64,000 bases of DNA, taken from Chiloscyllium plagiosum. Its lineage: Eukaryota. Below are positions 59,001-64,000 of the stretch, piece after piece. Location: the NCBI RefSeq assembly GCF_004010195.1, contig NC_057720.1:2818343-2882342 (forward strand), in the 5' to 3' direction. Within the stretch, counting starts at the first letter, position 1. Every line of letters starts with the position of its first letter. Both the position numbers and the translations under genes were made by a program. The notes under the pieces are model-generated. The model saw only the letters and a list, made by a program, of their open reading frames with translations. It did not search any database and was not told the DNA's origin.

Positions 59001-59204
59001 TGCCTTAATGGTGAAATTGCCTGGGTTTCTGGATTACTAATCCAGTAACATTACCAGGACATCACTGCCTTTCCCTCTTGTGATGAATGCTGAACTTTAT
59101 TTATTTCTCAAAGCGGAATGTTCATGGAACTTGTCTCTCCTTTAAAACAGGGTGAATTAGGACCAGCTGGAAACACTGGAGAACCAGGACAAACCGGTTT
59201 GAGG
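2383..59204 (+). CDS. COL24A1: Fibrillar collagen gene, internal part (13 triple-helix exons, 225 aa); most likely collagen type XXIV alpha 1; both ends outside the window
   Basis: The 13 exons splice into an uninterrupted (Gly-X-Y)75: [225 protein letters not shown]. Phase-0 exons of 54/45 bp are the fibrillar collagen hallmark. [15 protein letters not shown] and PGSTG match human COL24A1 as I recall it better than COL27A1 (recollection, not a search). Confidence 0.85.
2624..2668 (+). CDS. COL24A1: Collagen exon B (45 bp) [15 protein letters not shown]
   Basis: atacag|GGA...CAG|gtaggt; 5 triplets. Confidence 0.95.
2883..3270 (+). mobile_element. CR1/HER1-type LINE, 5'-truncated 3' end
   Basis: [15 protein letters not shown]...[20 protein letters not shown] (CR1 ORF2 C-terminus) and ctatgact tail. 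Confidence 0.9.
3369..4741 (+). repeat. Tandem duplication of a ~685-bp unit (3369-4053, 4054-4741)
   Basis: Near-identical copies with about 7 visible differences; the unit spans a Penelope-like fragment and a CR1 RT fragment. Confidence 0.95.
4300..7800 (-). mobile_element. Long decayed CR1 LINE with ORF1 (coiled coil plus SGNH esterase), APE endonuclease and partial RT; 3' end missing
   Basis: [13 protein letters not shown]...[11 protein letters not shown]...[11 protein letters not shown] (ORF1 esterase); [10 protein letters not shown]...YDIIAITET and SDHN (endonuclease); [13 protein letters not shown]...NYRPVSL and VTSGVPQ (RT); frameshifted and internally deleted. Confidence 0.9.
8140..9240 (-). 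mobile_element. Old CR1-type LINE 3' fragment, interrupted by a family B Penelope-derived end (~8281-8745)
   Basis: CR1 tail and ORF2 end continue on both sides of the insert. Confidence 0.7.
8379..8706 (+). mobile_element. HE1-type V-SINE, nested in the family B element
   Basis: tggtgggccagtggttagcactgctgcctcacagcgcc head, V-core and LINE-like tail. Confidence 0.9.
10270..10785 (-). mobile_element. CR1 LINE 3' fragment, (tattgtc)n-tail subfamily
   Basis: [17 protein letters not shown]...[17 protein letters not shown]; nearly identical to 14340-15003. Confidence 0.9.
11833..12120 (-). mobile_element. CR1/HER1 LINE 3' fragment
   Basis: [26 protein letters not shown]. Confidence 0.85.
12575..15300. 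mobile_element. Composite CR1: minus-strand endonuclease region split by a plus-strand RT/3' segment (~13302-15003)
   Basis: Minus frame ...[18 protein letters not shown] (ends ~15003) resumes as YTCYRKD...WIELRN...MGDFN (from ~13301); the plus segment has [30 protein letters not shown] and the 3' tail. Confidence 0.85.
14819..14954. mobile_element. Family A Penelope-derived palindromic insert with 16-bp TSD
   Basis: tcaaagggcagaatgg duplicated at 14803-14818 and 14955-14970. Confidence 0.85.
16439..16492 (+). CDS. COL24A1: Collagen exon C (54 bp) [18 protein letters not shown]
   Basis: ctttccag|GGT...AAG|gtaagt. Confidence 0.95.
16650..16820 (+). mobile_element. Short SINE-like repeat, family unassigned; second copy ~21050-21530 split by an HE1 SINE
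   Basis: Shared gctgaggttactgtga...accaccatctctgtctagtgagagagcagc-like sequence in two places. Confidence 0.5.
17910..18310 (-). mobile_element. Decayed L2-like LINE 3' end; related pieces ~23715-23990 and ~57720-57950
   Basis: Recurring agaggttt..ggag...ggccag...gagataggga...gggatttgaa block; tail resembles the DeuSINE tail. Confidence 0.55.
18590..19020 (-). mobile_element. Two tandem young HE1-type SINEs
   Basis: Two cagtgtggaaacaggcccttcggcccaac tails, (agatt)n tail repeat, intact head at ~18950-19019. Confidence 0.9.
19235..20402 (-). mobile_element. CR1/HER1 LINE fragment split by an HE1 SINE (~19845-20233), which is itself split by a family A insert (~19998-20132)
   Basis: CR1 ORF2 reading continues across the insert; SINE tail and head lie either side of the family A sequence. 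Confidence 0.85.
21095..21375 (-). mobile_element. HE1-type V-SINE
   Basis: Complete head and V-core. Confidence 0.9.
21686..21739 (+). CDS. COL24A1: Collagen exon D (54 bp) [18 protein letters not shown]
   Basis: aattcag|GGA...ATG|gtaagt. Confidence 0.95.
21747..22338 (-). mobile_element. Young CR1 LINE fragment (contains the assembly gap)
   Basis: (catagaa)n tail at ~21747; [30 protein letters not shown]; CpG-rich. Confidence 0.85.
21861..22107. other. Assembly gap (247 N)
   Basis: Run of n. Confidence 1.
24183..24815 (-). mobile_element. CR1/HER1 LINE 3' fragment
   Basis: YCVQFWSP...[14 protein letters not shown]...[12 protein letters not shown]. Confidence 0.9.
25355..26095 (-). mobile_element. 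CR1 LINE 3' fragment
   Basis: (cataaga)n tail and decayed ORF2 C-terminus. Confidence 0.8.
27553..27770. mobile_element. Family C palindromic Penelope-derived element; other copies ~10175-10272, 17765-17910, 24890-25090, 26843-26990, 37465-37680, 51860-52040, 53985-54060, 59962-60150, 60525-60715
   Basis: Inverted arms gaaattgctggaaaagctcagcaggtctggcagcatctgtggag / ctgcacagatgcagccaaacctgttgagcttttccagcaatttc around a gggtcactggacc hairpin. Confidence 0.75.
28917..30460 (-). mobile_element. Penelope-like retroelement remnant, family B (GIY-YIG endonuclease end, CA-rich 3' region, terminal hammerhead motif)
   Basis: Minus strand ~30455-30040 reads approximately [10 protein letters not shown]...[11 protein letters not shown]...[16 protein letters not shown]...VGEHFSS...HEDGLN; end has CTGATGA-A-GGAGC-AGT-GCTCT-GAAA followed by AATAAA. 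Confidence 0.85.
28943..29252 (-). mobile_element. Young HE1-type SINE nested in the end of the Penelope-like element
   Basis: (tagat)n tail, intact CpG-rich head. Confidence 0.9.
32905..32984 (+). mobile_element. 80-bp HE1/HER1 3'-tail insertion with 44-bp flanking direct repeat
   Basis: 32861-32904 identical to 32985-33028; insert ends in (aatct)n. Confidence 0.9.
33330..33383 (+). CDS. COL24A1: Collagen exon E (54 bp) [18 protein letters not shown]
   Basis: tttgacag|GGC...CGA|gtgagt. Confidence 0.95.
33623..34900 (+). mobile_element. Penelope-like retroelement remnant, family A: inverted partial terminal repeat (~33623-33925), GIY-YIG endonuclease region, terminal repeat
   Basis: [14 protein letters not shown]...[26 protein letters not shown]...[10 protein letters not shown]...[20 protein letters not shown]; left arm is the reverse complement of ~34620-34850. 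Confidence 0.9.
33678..33713 (-). ncRNA. Minimal type-I hammerhead ribozyme motif (family A)
   Basis: AAUC-CUGAUGA-A-GGGC-UUUU-GCCC-GAAAC-GUC/GAUU: full core, 4-bp stems I and II, palindromic ACGU stem III. Confidence 0.7.
35017..35210 (-). mobile_element. HE1-type V-SINE, tail missing
   Basis: Head and V-core. Confidence 0.85.
36421..36718 (-). mobile_element. HE1-type V-SINE
   Basis: Full head, core and (agatt)n tail. Confidence 0.9.
36873..37068. mobile_element. Family A palindromic element with two divergent, decayed hammerhead motifs
   Basis: Symmetry centre ...catcaggaa-ggca-ttcctggcg... Confidence 0.8.
38215..38466 (+). repeat. Local tandem duplication (122 and 130 bp units)
   Basis: 38215-38336 closely matches 38337-38466. 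Confidence 0.9.
38470..39245 (-). mobile_element. Decayed CR1 RT fragment ending ~25 bp before the exon F acceptor
   Basis: [38 protein letters not shown]. Confidence 0.8.
38676..38887. mobile_element. Young family A palindromic insert with 14-bp TSD
   Basis: ctgcaaacttacca at 38662-38675 and 38888-38901; ~80-bp near-perfect inverted arms; hammerhead-like motif 38799-38826. Confidence 0.9.
39271..39324 (+). CDS. COL24A1: Collagen exon F (54 bp) [18 protein letters not shown]
   Basis: ttgtctag|GGT...AGG|gtaagt. Confidence 0.95.
39735..40030 (+). mobile_element. Second CR1/L2-clade LINE family fragment; related pieces ~52280-52800, 26345-26590, 32225-32340 (all minus)
   Basis: [20 protein letters not shown]...[23 protein letters not shown]; same peptide in 52537-52728. 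Confidence 0.75.
40471..40592 (+). repeat. 14-bp minisatellite (~8.7 units)
   Basis: cagagcagcca(a/t)t(c/a) repeated. Confidence 0.95.
40739..40792 (+). CDS. COL24A1: Collagen exon G (54 bp) [18 protein letters not shown]
   Basis: ttgttag|GGA...AAG|gtaatt. Confidence 0.95.
41135..41452 (-). mobile_element. HE1-type V-SINE
   Basis: Head ends ~50 bp upstream of exon H. Confidence 0.9.
41504..41548 (+). CDS. COL24A1: Collagen exon H (45 bp) [15 protein letters not shown]
   Basis: ctttacag|GGA...ATT|gtaagt. Confidence 0.95.
41646..41690 (+). CDS. COL24A1: Collagen exon I (45 bp) [15 protein letters not shown]
   Basis: attgcag|GGA...CTG|gtgagt; follows a 97-bp intron. Confidence 0.95.
41735..42067 (-). 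mobile_element. Decayed DeuSINE (SacSINE1/AmnSINE1-like), 3' part
   Basis: cacagcaagatcccataatcagcagtgtgatcatcaccag...gaaagatggcacagctgacagtgcagcgctccttca matches the reverse complement of the Deu-domain SINE as I recall it and of the copy at 60255-60872. Confidence 0.7.
42068..43044 (+). repeat. 33-bp GC-rich minisatellite, ~30 units, two variant domains
   Basis: ccctccgacagtgcggcactccctc(g/a)g(c/t)act(t/g)a, changing to ccctctggcagtgcggttccccctcagtactga from ~42750. Confidence 0.97.
43700..45595 (+). mobile_element. CR1 LINE, 5'-truncated, RT to 3' tail
   Basis: [47 protein letters not shown]; stops and frameshifts. Confidence 0.9.
46903..46956 (+). CDS. COL24A1: Collagen exon J (54 bp) [18 protein letters not shown]
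   Basis: gtttcag|GGA...CCA|gttgagt; donor has GT but is atypical downstream. Confidence 0.92.
47005..47306 (+). repeat. 17/13-bp minisatellite with ~98-111-bp higher-order structure
   Basis: cagtacactatcggt(gt/aa) and cagtac(g/a)ctgtaa units; blocks restart at 47022, 47133, 47231. Confidence 0.95.
47385..47850 (-). mobile_element. CR1/HER1 LINE 3' fragment
   Basis: [38 protein letters not shown]. Confidence 0.9.
47925..50185 (-). mobile_element. CR1 LINE fragment split by an opposite-strand CR1
   Basis: ORF2 pieces at 47941-48800 and 49915-50185 are collinear. Confidence 0.85.
48812..49908 (+). mobile_element. CR1/HER1 LINE RT fragment nested in another CR1 (attagt TSD); itself carries a family A insert at 49526-49611
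   Basis: [12 protein letters not shown]...[13 protein letters not shown]...GVPQGSVL...KFADDTK; attagt at 48806-48811 and 49909-49914; aggacattggt at 49515-49525 and 49612-49622. Confidence 0.9.
50319..50403 (-). mobile_element. 85-bp family A insert with 15-bp TSD
   Basis: ctcattgaaaataga at 50304-50318 and 50404-50418. Confidence 0.9.
50828..51148 (-). mobile_element. HE1-type V-SINE
   Basis: Head, core and tail. Confidence 0.9.
51721..51774 (+). CDS. COL24A1: Collagen exon K (54 bp) [18 protein letters not shown]
   Basis: gttatag|GGG...GAG|gtaatt. Confidence 0.95.
53182..53235 (+). CDS. COL24A1: Collagen exon L (54 bp) [18 protein letters not shown]
   Basis: gcacag|GGA...AAG|gtaggt. Confidence 0.95.
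55740..57303 (+). mobile_element. CR1 LINE, 5'-truncated, RT to 3' tail
   Basis: [17 protein letters not shown]...[28 protein letters not shown]. Confidence 0.9.
55919..56010 (-). mobile_element. 92-bp family A insert with 12-bp TSD and intact hammerhead core
   Basis: aaatagggcaaa at 55907-55918 and 56011-56022; minus strand CTGAAGA-A-GGGC-TCAT-GCCC-GAAAC-GTC. Confidence 0.9.
58055..58181 (-). mobile_element. Family A insert with intact hammerhead core
   Basis: Minus strand CTGATGA-A-GGGC-TTTT-GCCC-GAAAC-GTT; degenerate flanking repeat gtttatacaacaa/gttcatacagcag. Confidence 0.8.
59151..59204 (+). CDS. COL24A1: Collagen exon M (54 bp) [18 protein letters not shown]
   Basis: aaaacag|GGT...AGG|gtgagt. 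Confidence 0.95.
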
Positions 59205-60254
59205 GTGAGTTCAGATAAGACCACAGTCTGAGTCCTGTCCAAACAGCCCAATCATGGCCACATTCCTTGTTTCATTTCTGAAGAGCATCATATGCTACCA
59301 GAATCTTCCAATGCGTGATACAACAAGTCAGTGATTTTGTTGGGATTTTGTTTGATTCAAAGTAGTAGCTGTTACAAAAACATAACCCAGCAGCTGTGAG
59401 GAATCCAAATTAAAAGCAGTAAGTTGTGAAATGTGTAAGCAATGGCAGCAGTAACTGCCTTAGTTTAGAAACAAATTCCTGTGAAAACCCATGTAAGTTC
59501 CTTGGAGACTGATTAGCACACACCATGAAACTACTAAATGGCTCAGTATGTTTTTTAATGTTATTTTCAGAATTCAGCTCACTAAATCACAGCTGACAAA
59601 TTGGCATGTTTATTAGTGATGCCGGGTTTTTTAAGGAGTGTTTTTTTACTCCATTCCAGCTGCACCAATAAAACAGCACCAGGTTCTCACTCATAAACAT
59701 ATCGAGCCAAGCTTGACAGTGGAGAAAAGGATCTGGTGCTATTCAAATGAAAAATGGAATCTTGTGTTTGATTAGTCTATTTGTGCTCCTTCTCAGAAGT
59801 TTGTTCTTGTGAAAATACAAATCATTTTATTGACAGTTTGAAATGTTACTGAACCGCCTCAGTTTTGAGAGCACTTTAAATGCAATTCCTCGATTGCACC
59901 ACAGCAATAACTCCAACCAGTAGAGGATTTATGGTCCTTCAAAGCAACTTACCATGTGCTAAATAAAAACCAAGAGAAATGCGGATGCTGTAAATCAGAA
60001 ACCAAAACAGAAATTGCTGGAGAAACTCAACAGGTCTTGTAGCGTCTGTGGAGAGAAATCAAAGTTGATGTTTTATGTCAGTGACCCTTCTTCAGAACTG
60101 ATGCTTGCCAGACCCTGCTGAGCTTTTCCAGCAATTTCAGTTTGAGTTTCTATTTTACCTTGTGCCTTTGTTTTCTCCAGAGCAGTGTCTAGGCTCCTGC
60201 TTTGATAACTGCAAGAGCTGGTAACATGTCCATCCTGCAATGTGCTCTGAAGCT

Positions 60255-60872
60255 AAATGGTAGCTGTGGTTTAGAGGCTTGCCTCTGAGTCAGAAGGCTA
60301 CAGTTCATGCACTCGAAACCTGGAGAAGGACAAGAGTGGAATGTACTGAGTTACTGACAAGGTGCTGCACTATCAGTGGGCTCTCTTCCAGACTAGCATT
60401 TGGACTGAAACCCTGCTCCATTGATGTTCATGTTCTCCTTCCACATTCTTTATAAACAGTAGTGAATTCTTCCTGGCGTCCTGGTCAATGTTGATCCCTC
60501 TAGCAGCCTCACACAAACAGATAAATCAAGCCAGGAACTGCAGATGATGCAGACCTAAAACAAAAACAGAAAACTCAGCATGTCTCTTCACCTCTGTGGA
60601 GAGAGATATTTTGAGCGCAGTGGCCCTGCTTCAGAATGTTAACTCTGTTTTCTCTCTTCGCAGATGTTGCGTGATCTGCTGAGTTTCTCCAGAAATTTCT
60701 GTTTTTGTTTCAGATGGTCTGGTCATTATCAGATTTCTATTTGTGGGATCTTGCTGTGCACAAATTGAACATCTTGCTCCCCACTTTGCAGCAGTGACCA
60801 TATTTCAGAATGTGTTTGACTGGCAATCAAACACTCTGGGACATTGTGAAATGTATGATATATAAATCTAGT
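60255..60872 (+). mobile_element. Decayed DeuSINE interrupted by a family C element (~60525-60715); another DeuSINE tail at ~19030-19120 (minus)
   Basis: gcctctgagtcagaagg head, tactga...ggtgctgcact core, ctggtcattatc...tgtgggatcttgctgtgcacaaattg and tatataaat tail. Confidence 0.7.
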
Positions 60873-61613
60873 GAGGGTTTTGTCTATCTTTATTTCAAAA
60901 GCATGGGAACACACTCCCCCCGAGTCTGCTCCTGCAAGTTGTTTATTTTTATGGATTATGTACACAACACCATTTAATGGATAAGATTCCTTCTTAAATT
61001 TCATCGTTCACTAGTCATCAGGAAAGACAGTTGTGATCTATAAACATTCCCTAATCCATGTTTAGTTAACTACACTGATACTATCATGTTGTAAATAAAA
61101 CATGGAATGGACTTCAGAATATCTTCGCTCTTTGGGTCACCAAGATGAAAGGCAATAAATTATCCATGGAACAATTTTCCAAAGTTCAGGCTTCAGTTAG
61201 TTGTAGCACACAATTATCGTCATAAATCTTCACAGCAGGAGAGTTTTCTGAAGAAAGAGTTTGGAATTCGAAAACTATCTTGCTGGTTTTTCTGCTCCTC
61301 CCTTGCTCTTGGGATCTCATTCTATCAGCCTCTCCTCAATCACTTTCACCCTCCATGGCATTACTCAACTTCTGCTTCAATGTAGCCTTAATTATTCAGG
61401 TCATTGGTCATCCCTTCACTTTCTATTCAGCTGTTAATATTTTACTGATACCTCCATTTAACACTTTTGATCACTTGCAAAGATTTGTTATTCAGCCTGT
61501 AGACATTTCATTCACACCATTTGTACTTATCTGTTGACCCTCTTAATTATCTGGAATTATCTTGCCATTATCTCTCCATCTATATATTCTGTGCCTGTGT
61601 CCTTCCCTCCATT

Positions 61614-61650
61614 TCACCTGATGAAGGAGCAGCGCTTCGAAAGCTTGTGA
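61614..61650 (+). ncRNA. Minimal type-I hammerhead ribozyme motif (family B), sense to the collagen pre-mRNA, within a Penelope-derived end (~61580-61735)
   Basis: UCAC-CUGAUGA-A-GGAGC-AGC-GCUUC-GAAAG-CUU/GUGA: 4-bp stem I, 5-bp stem II, palindromic AGCU stem III; AATAAA at 61656-61661. Confidence 0.7.
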
Positions 61651-61786
61651 TTTCAAATAAACCTGTTGGGCTATCGCCTGGTGTCATATGACTTCTGACA
61701 TTGTCCACCCCAGTCCAACACCGGCCCCTCCATTTCAATGTAACACAAAAAGATTTGAGTCCAGGAGCACTGAGGTCTTGCTTTAT

Positions 61787-62580
61787 AGAGTCATTGAGTC
61801 CTACAGTATAAAGATAGGTCCTTTGGCCCAAACTGGCTCATTCTGACCAAAGTGTCCGTCCACACTGACCCTATTTTCCTGCATTTGGTCCATATCCTTT
61901 GAAACCTTTTTGTCTAAATGCCTTTGAAATGTTGTTAATGTACCCGCCTCAACCACTTCCACTGGCAGCTCATTCCATATGCGTACCACCCTCTCTGTAA
62001 AACAATTGCCCCTCGGATTCCCTTTTATTCTTTCCCCTCTAACCTTAAACTGATGCCCCTCTAATCCTCGATTCCCCAACCCTGGGAAAAAGACTGAGTG
62101 CATTTGCCCTATTCATGCCTCTCATGATCTTATACACTTCTATAAGGCCCCCCTCAGTCTCCCACGCTTGAAAGAAAAAAGTCCTAGCCTGTCCAACCTC
62201 TCCCTATGACTCAGACTCTTTAGGCCTGGCAACATCCTTGTAAATTTCTTCTGCACTCTTTCCAGTTTAATGACACCCTTCCTATAGCAAGGTGACCAAA
62301 ACTGAACACACTATTCCAGGTGCGGCCATACCAACATCTTGTATAGTTGCAACATAACTGCCCAACTTCTATACTCAAATCCCTGACTGATGAAGGCCAG
62401 TGTGCCAAAAGCCTTCTTCACTGCCCTGTTTACCTGGGACTCCACTTTTAGAGAACTGTGAACCTGAGCTCCAAGGTCCCTCTGTTCCACTACACTCCTT
62501 AAGGCCCTACCATTCACCATGAACCCCTACTTGGATTTGACTTTCCAAAATGCAAGACCTCACACGTTTCTATATTAAAT
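61787..62580 (-). mobile_element. CR1 LINE 3' fragment
   Basis: [37 protein letters not shown]. Confidence 0.9.
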
Positions 62581-64000
62581 CTTCAGTTGTACAGGAAATT
62601 GGTTAGACCATATGTGGAGTACTGTGTGCAGGTTTGGTCTCTTTATCTCAGGAAAGATATTATTACCATAGAGGGAGTGCAATGAAAGTTCCCTAGATTT
62701 GTTCCCGGGATGGTGGGAGTGTCCCATGAAGAGGAATGCAGGCTGGCCCTGCATTCTCTAGAGTTCCAAACAATGAGTAGTGGTCTTATTGAAACCAACA
62801 AAATACTTCAAGGGATAGACAGAACAGATAGATCTAAGATGACTCCCCCCAGATGAGGAATGTGGAACCAGGGGCACAATTTAGAAATAATGAATGATAA
62901 TCATAAAAGTAGTGGTGAGCCTTTGGTATTCTGTACTCCAGAGCGCTGGGGAAGCTCAGGCTTTGTGGATGTTTCAATAGAGATTAATGATTCTTTTTGT
63001 TTATCAAAGGCTTATCAGGATAACATCGATTAAAAAGCATTGAAGTGTCCAATCAGCTGTGATCTCATTAAGTGAAGGAGATTGATGGGCTGAGGAGCCT
63101 TATCCTGTTCCTGTGAGAGATTTATAAAATCATGAGGGGTATGGATAGGATAAATGGACAAGGTCTTTTCCGTAGGGTGGGGAAGACCAAATCTCAGGGT
63201 CATCAATATAAGACAGTCATTGATAACTCCAAATGGGAATGCAGGAGGAAGCAGAGATTGGGGGTGGGTGGGTGGGTGGGGGCGGAGAGGNGGGGGGGGA
63301 GAGAGACAGAGCCAGAGAGAGAGAGAGAGAGAGAGTGAGGTGAGAATGTGGGACTCACTGCCACTGGGAGTGGGTAAGGTGAGTAATATCATAGAGTCAT
63401 AGAAATGTACAGCCACAATGGGATAAAACCCTCTGCACATTCACATCAACCCACACAGCGAGAGCACGGGGTGCAGTTCTGGAGTCCACATTGTCGGCTG
63501 GATGTGATAGCACTGGGGATGGAGCGGAGGAGGAGATTTCCCAGGATGTTGTCTGGGCTGGAGAGTTTCAGTGATCGAGAGAGATTGGATAGACTGGGCT
63601 TGTTTTCCTTGGAACAGAGGAGACTGAGATGGGATGTGATTGAGATGGAGAATGTGATGAAGGGTATAGACAGGAGGAAACCTTTCCACTTGGTGGAGGG
63701 ATCAGTGACCCAAGGCCTAGGTTTAAGAGAAGGGGCAGAAGATTTAGAGAGCACATGAGGAAAAACGTTTTCATCTGGTTGGGGGTGGAGCGGGAGGTAA
63801 TCTGGAACTCCCTGCCTGTACGGGTGGGAGAGGCAGAAACCCACAGCACATTGAAGAAGGATTTAGATGGGCCAAAGCAAACAGGTGATGGGCCAAGTGC
63901 TGGGAAATAGGATTGGAAATGTTAGATGGTTGCTTTGACCAGTGTAGAGCCAATGAGCCAAACAACCTTTCTCTGTGCCATAGATCTTTATGACTCTATC
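62580..64000 (+). mobile_element. Cluster of decayed CR1 3' fragments
   Basis: VQFWSPH...[17 protein letters not shown]; tatgactctat tail at window end. Confidence 0.75.

Noticed and set aside
2383..59204. COL27A1 as the gene identity
   Set aside because: Exon pattern is similar, but exons B, H, I and J fit my recollection of COL24A1 better. Not fully excluded without a search.
59205..64000. Further collagen exons after exon M or before exon A
   Set aside because: I found no AG-(Gly-X-Y)n-GT block in 1-2382 or 59205-64000 by eye.

Overview
Eukaryotic genomic DNA, almost certainly from a shark (cartilaginous fish), judged by the HE1-type SINEs, CR1/HER1-type LINEs and DeuSINEs. The window lies inside one large + strand fibrillar collagen gene. 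I found 13 consecutive phase-0 Gly-X-Y exons (ten of 54 bp, three of 45 bp; 675 bp, 225 aa) with AG/GT boundaries. Their order and sequence best match my recollection of the central triple helix of collagen XXIV (COL24A1). Neither end of the gene is in the window. About 99% of the window is intron, packed with decayed and nested retroelements: CR1 LINE fragments (one keeps ORF1 esterase, endonuclease and RT remnants), HE1/V-SINEs, DeuSINEs, L2-like tails, a CAG-TIR MITE, a probable solo LTR, and two Penelope-like (GIY-YIG) remnants. The most striking non-coding signal is a dense set of short, often palindromic, Penelope-derived inserts from at least three sequence families. They carry minimal type-I hammerhead ribozyme motifs (CUGANGA-A-stem II-GAAA-palindromic stem III), and several have 11-16 bp target-site duplications. 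Two minisatellites grew out of retroelement sequence, including a ~1 kb 33-bp array seeded in register from a DeuSINE core. The long ORFs in the supplied track are transposon remnants, repeat artefacts or N-gap artefacts. Repeat boundaries are approximate, and family names come from recognition, not database searches.
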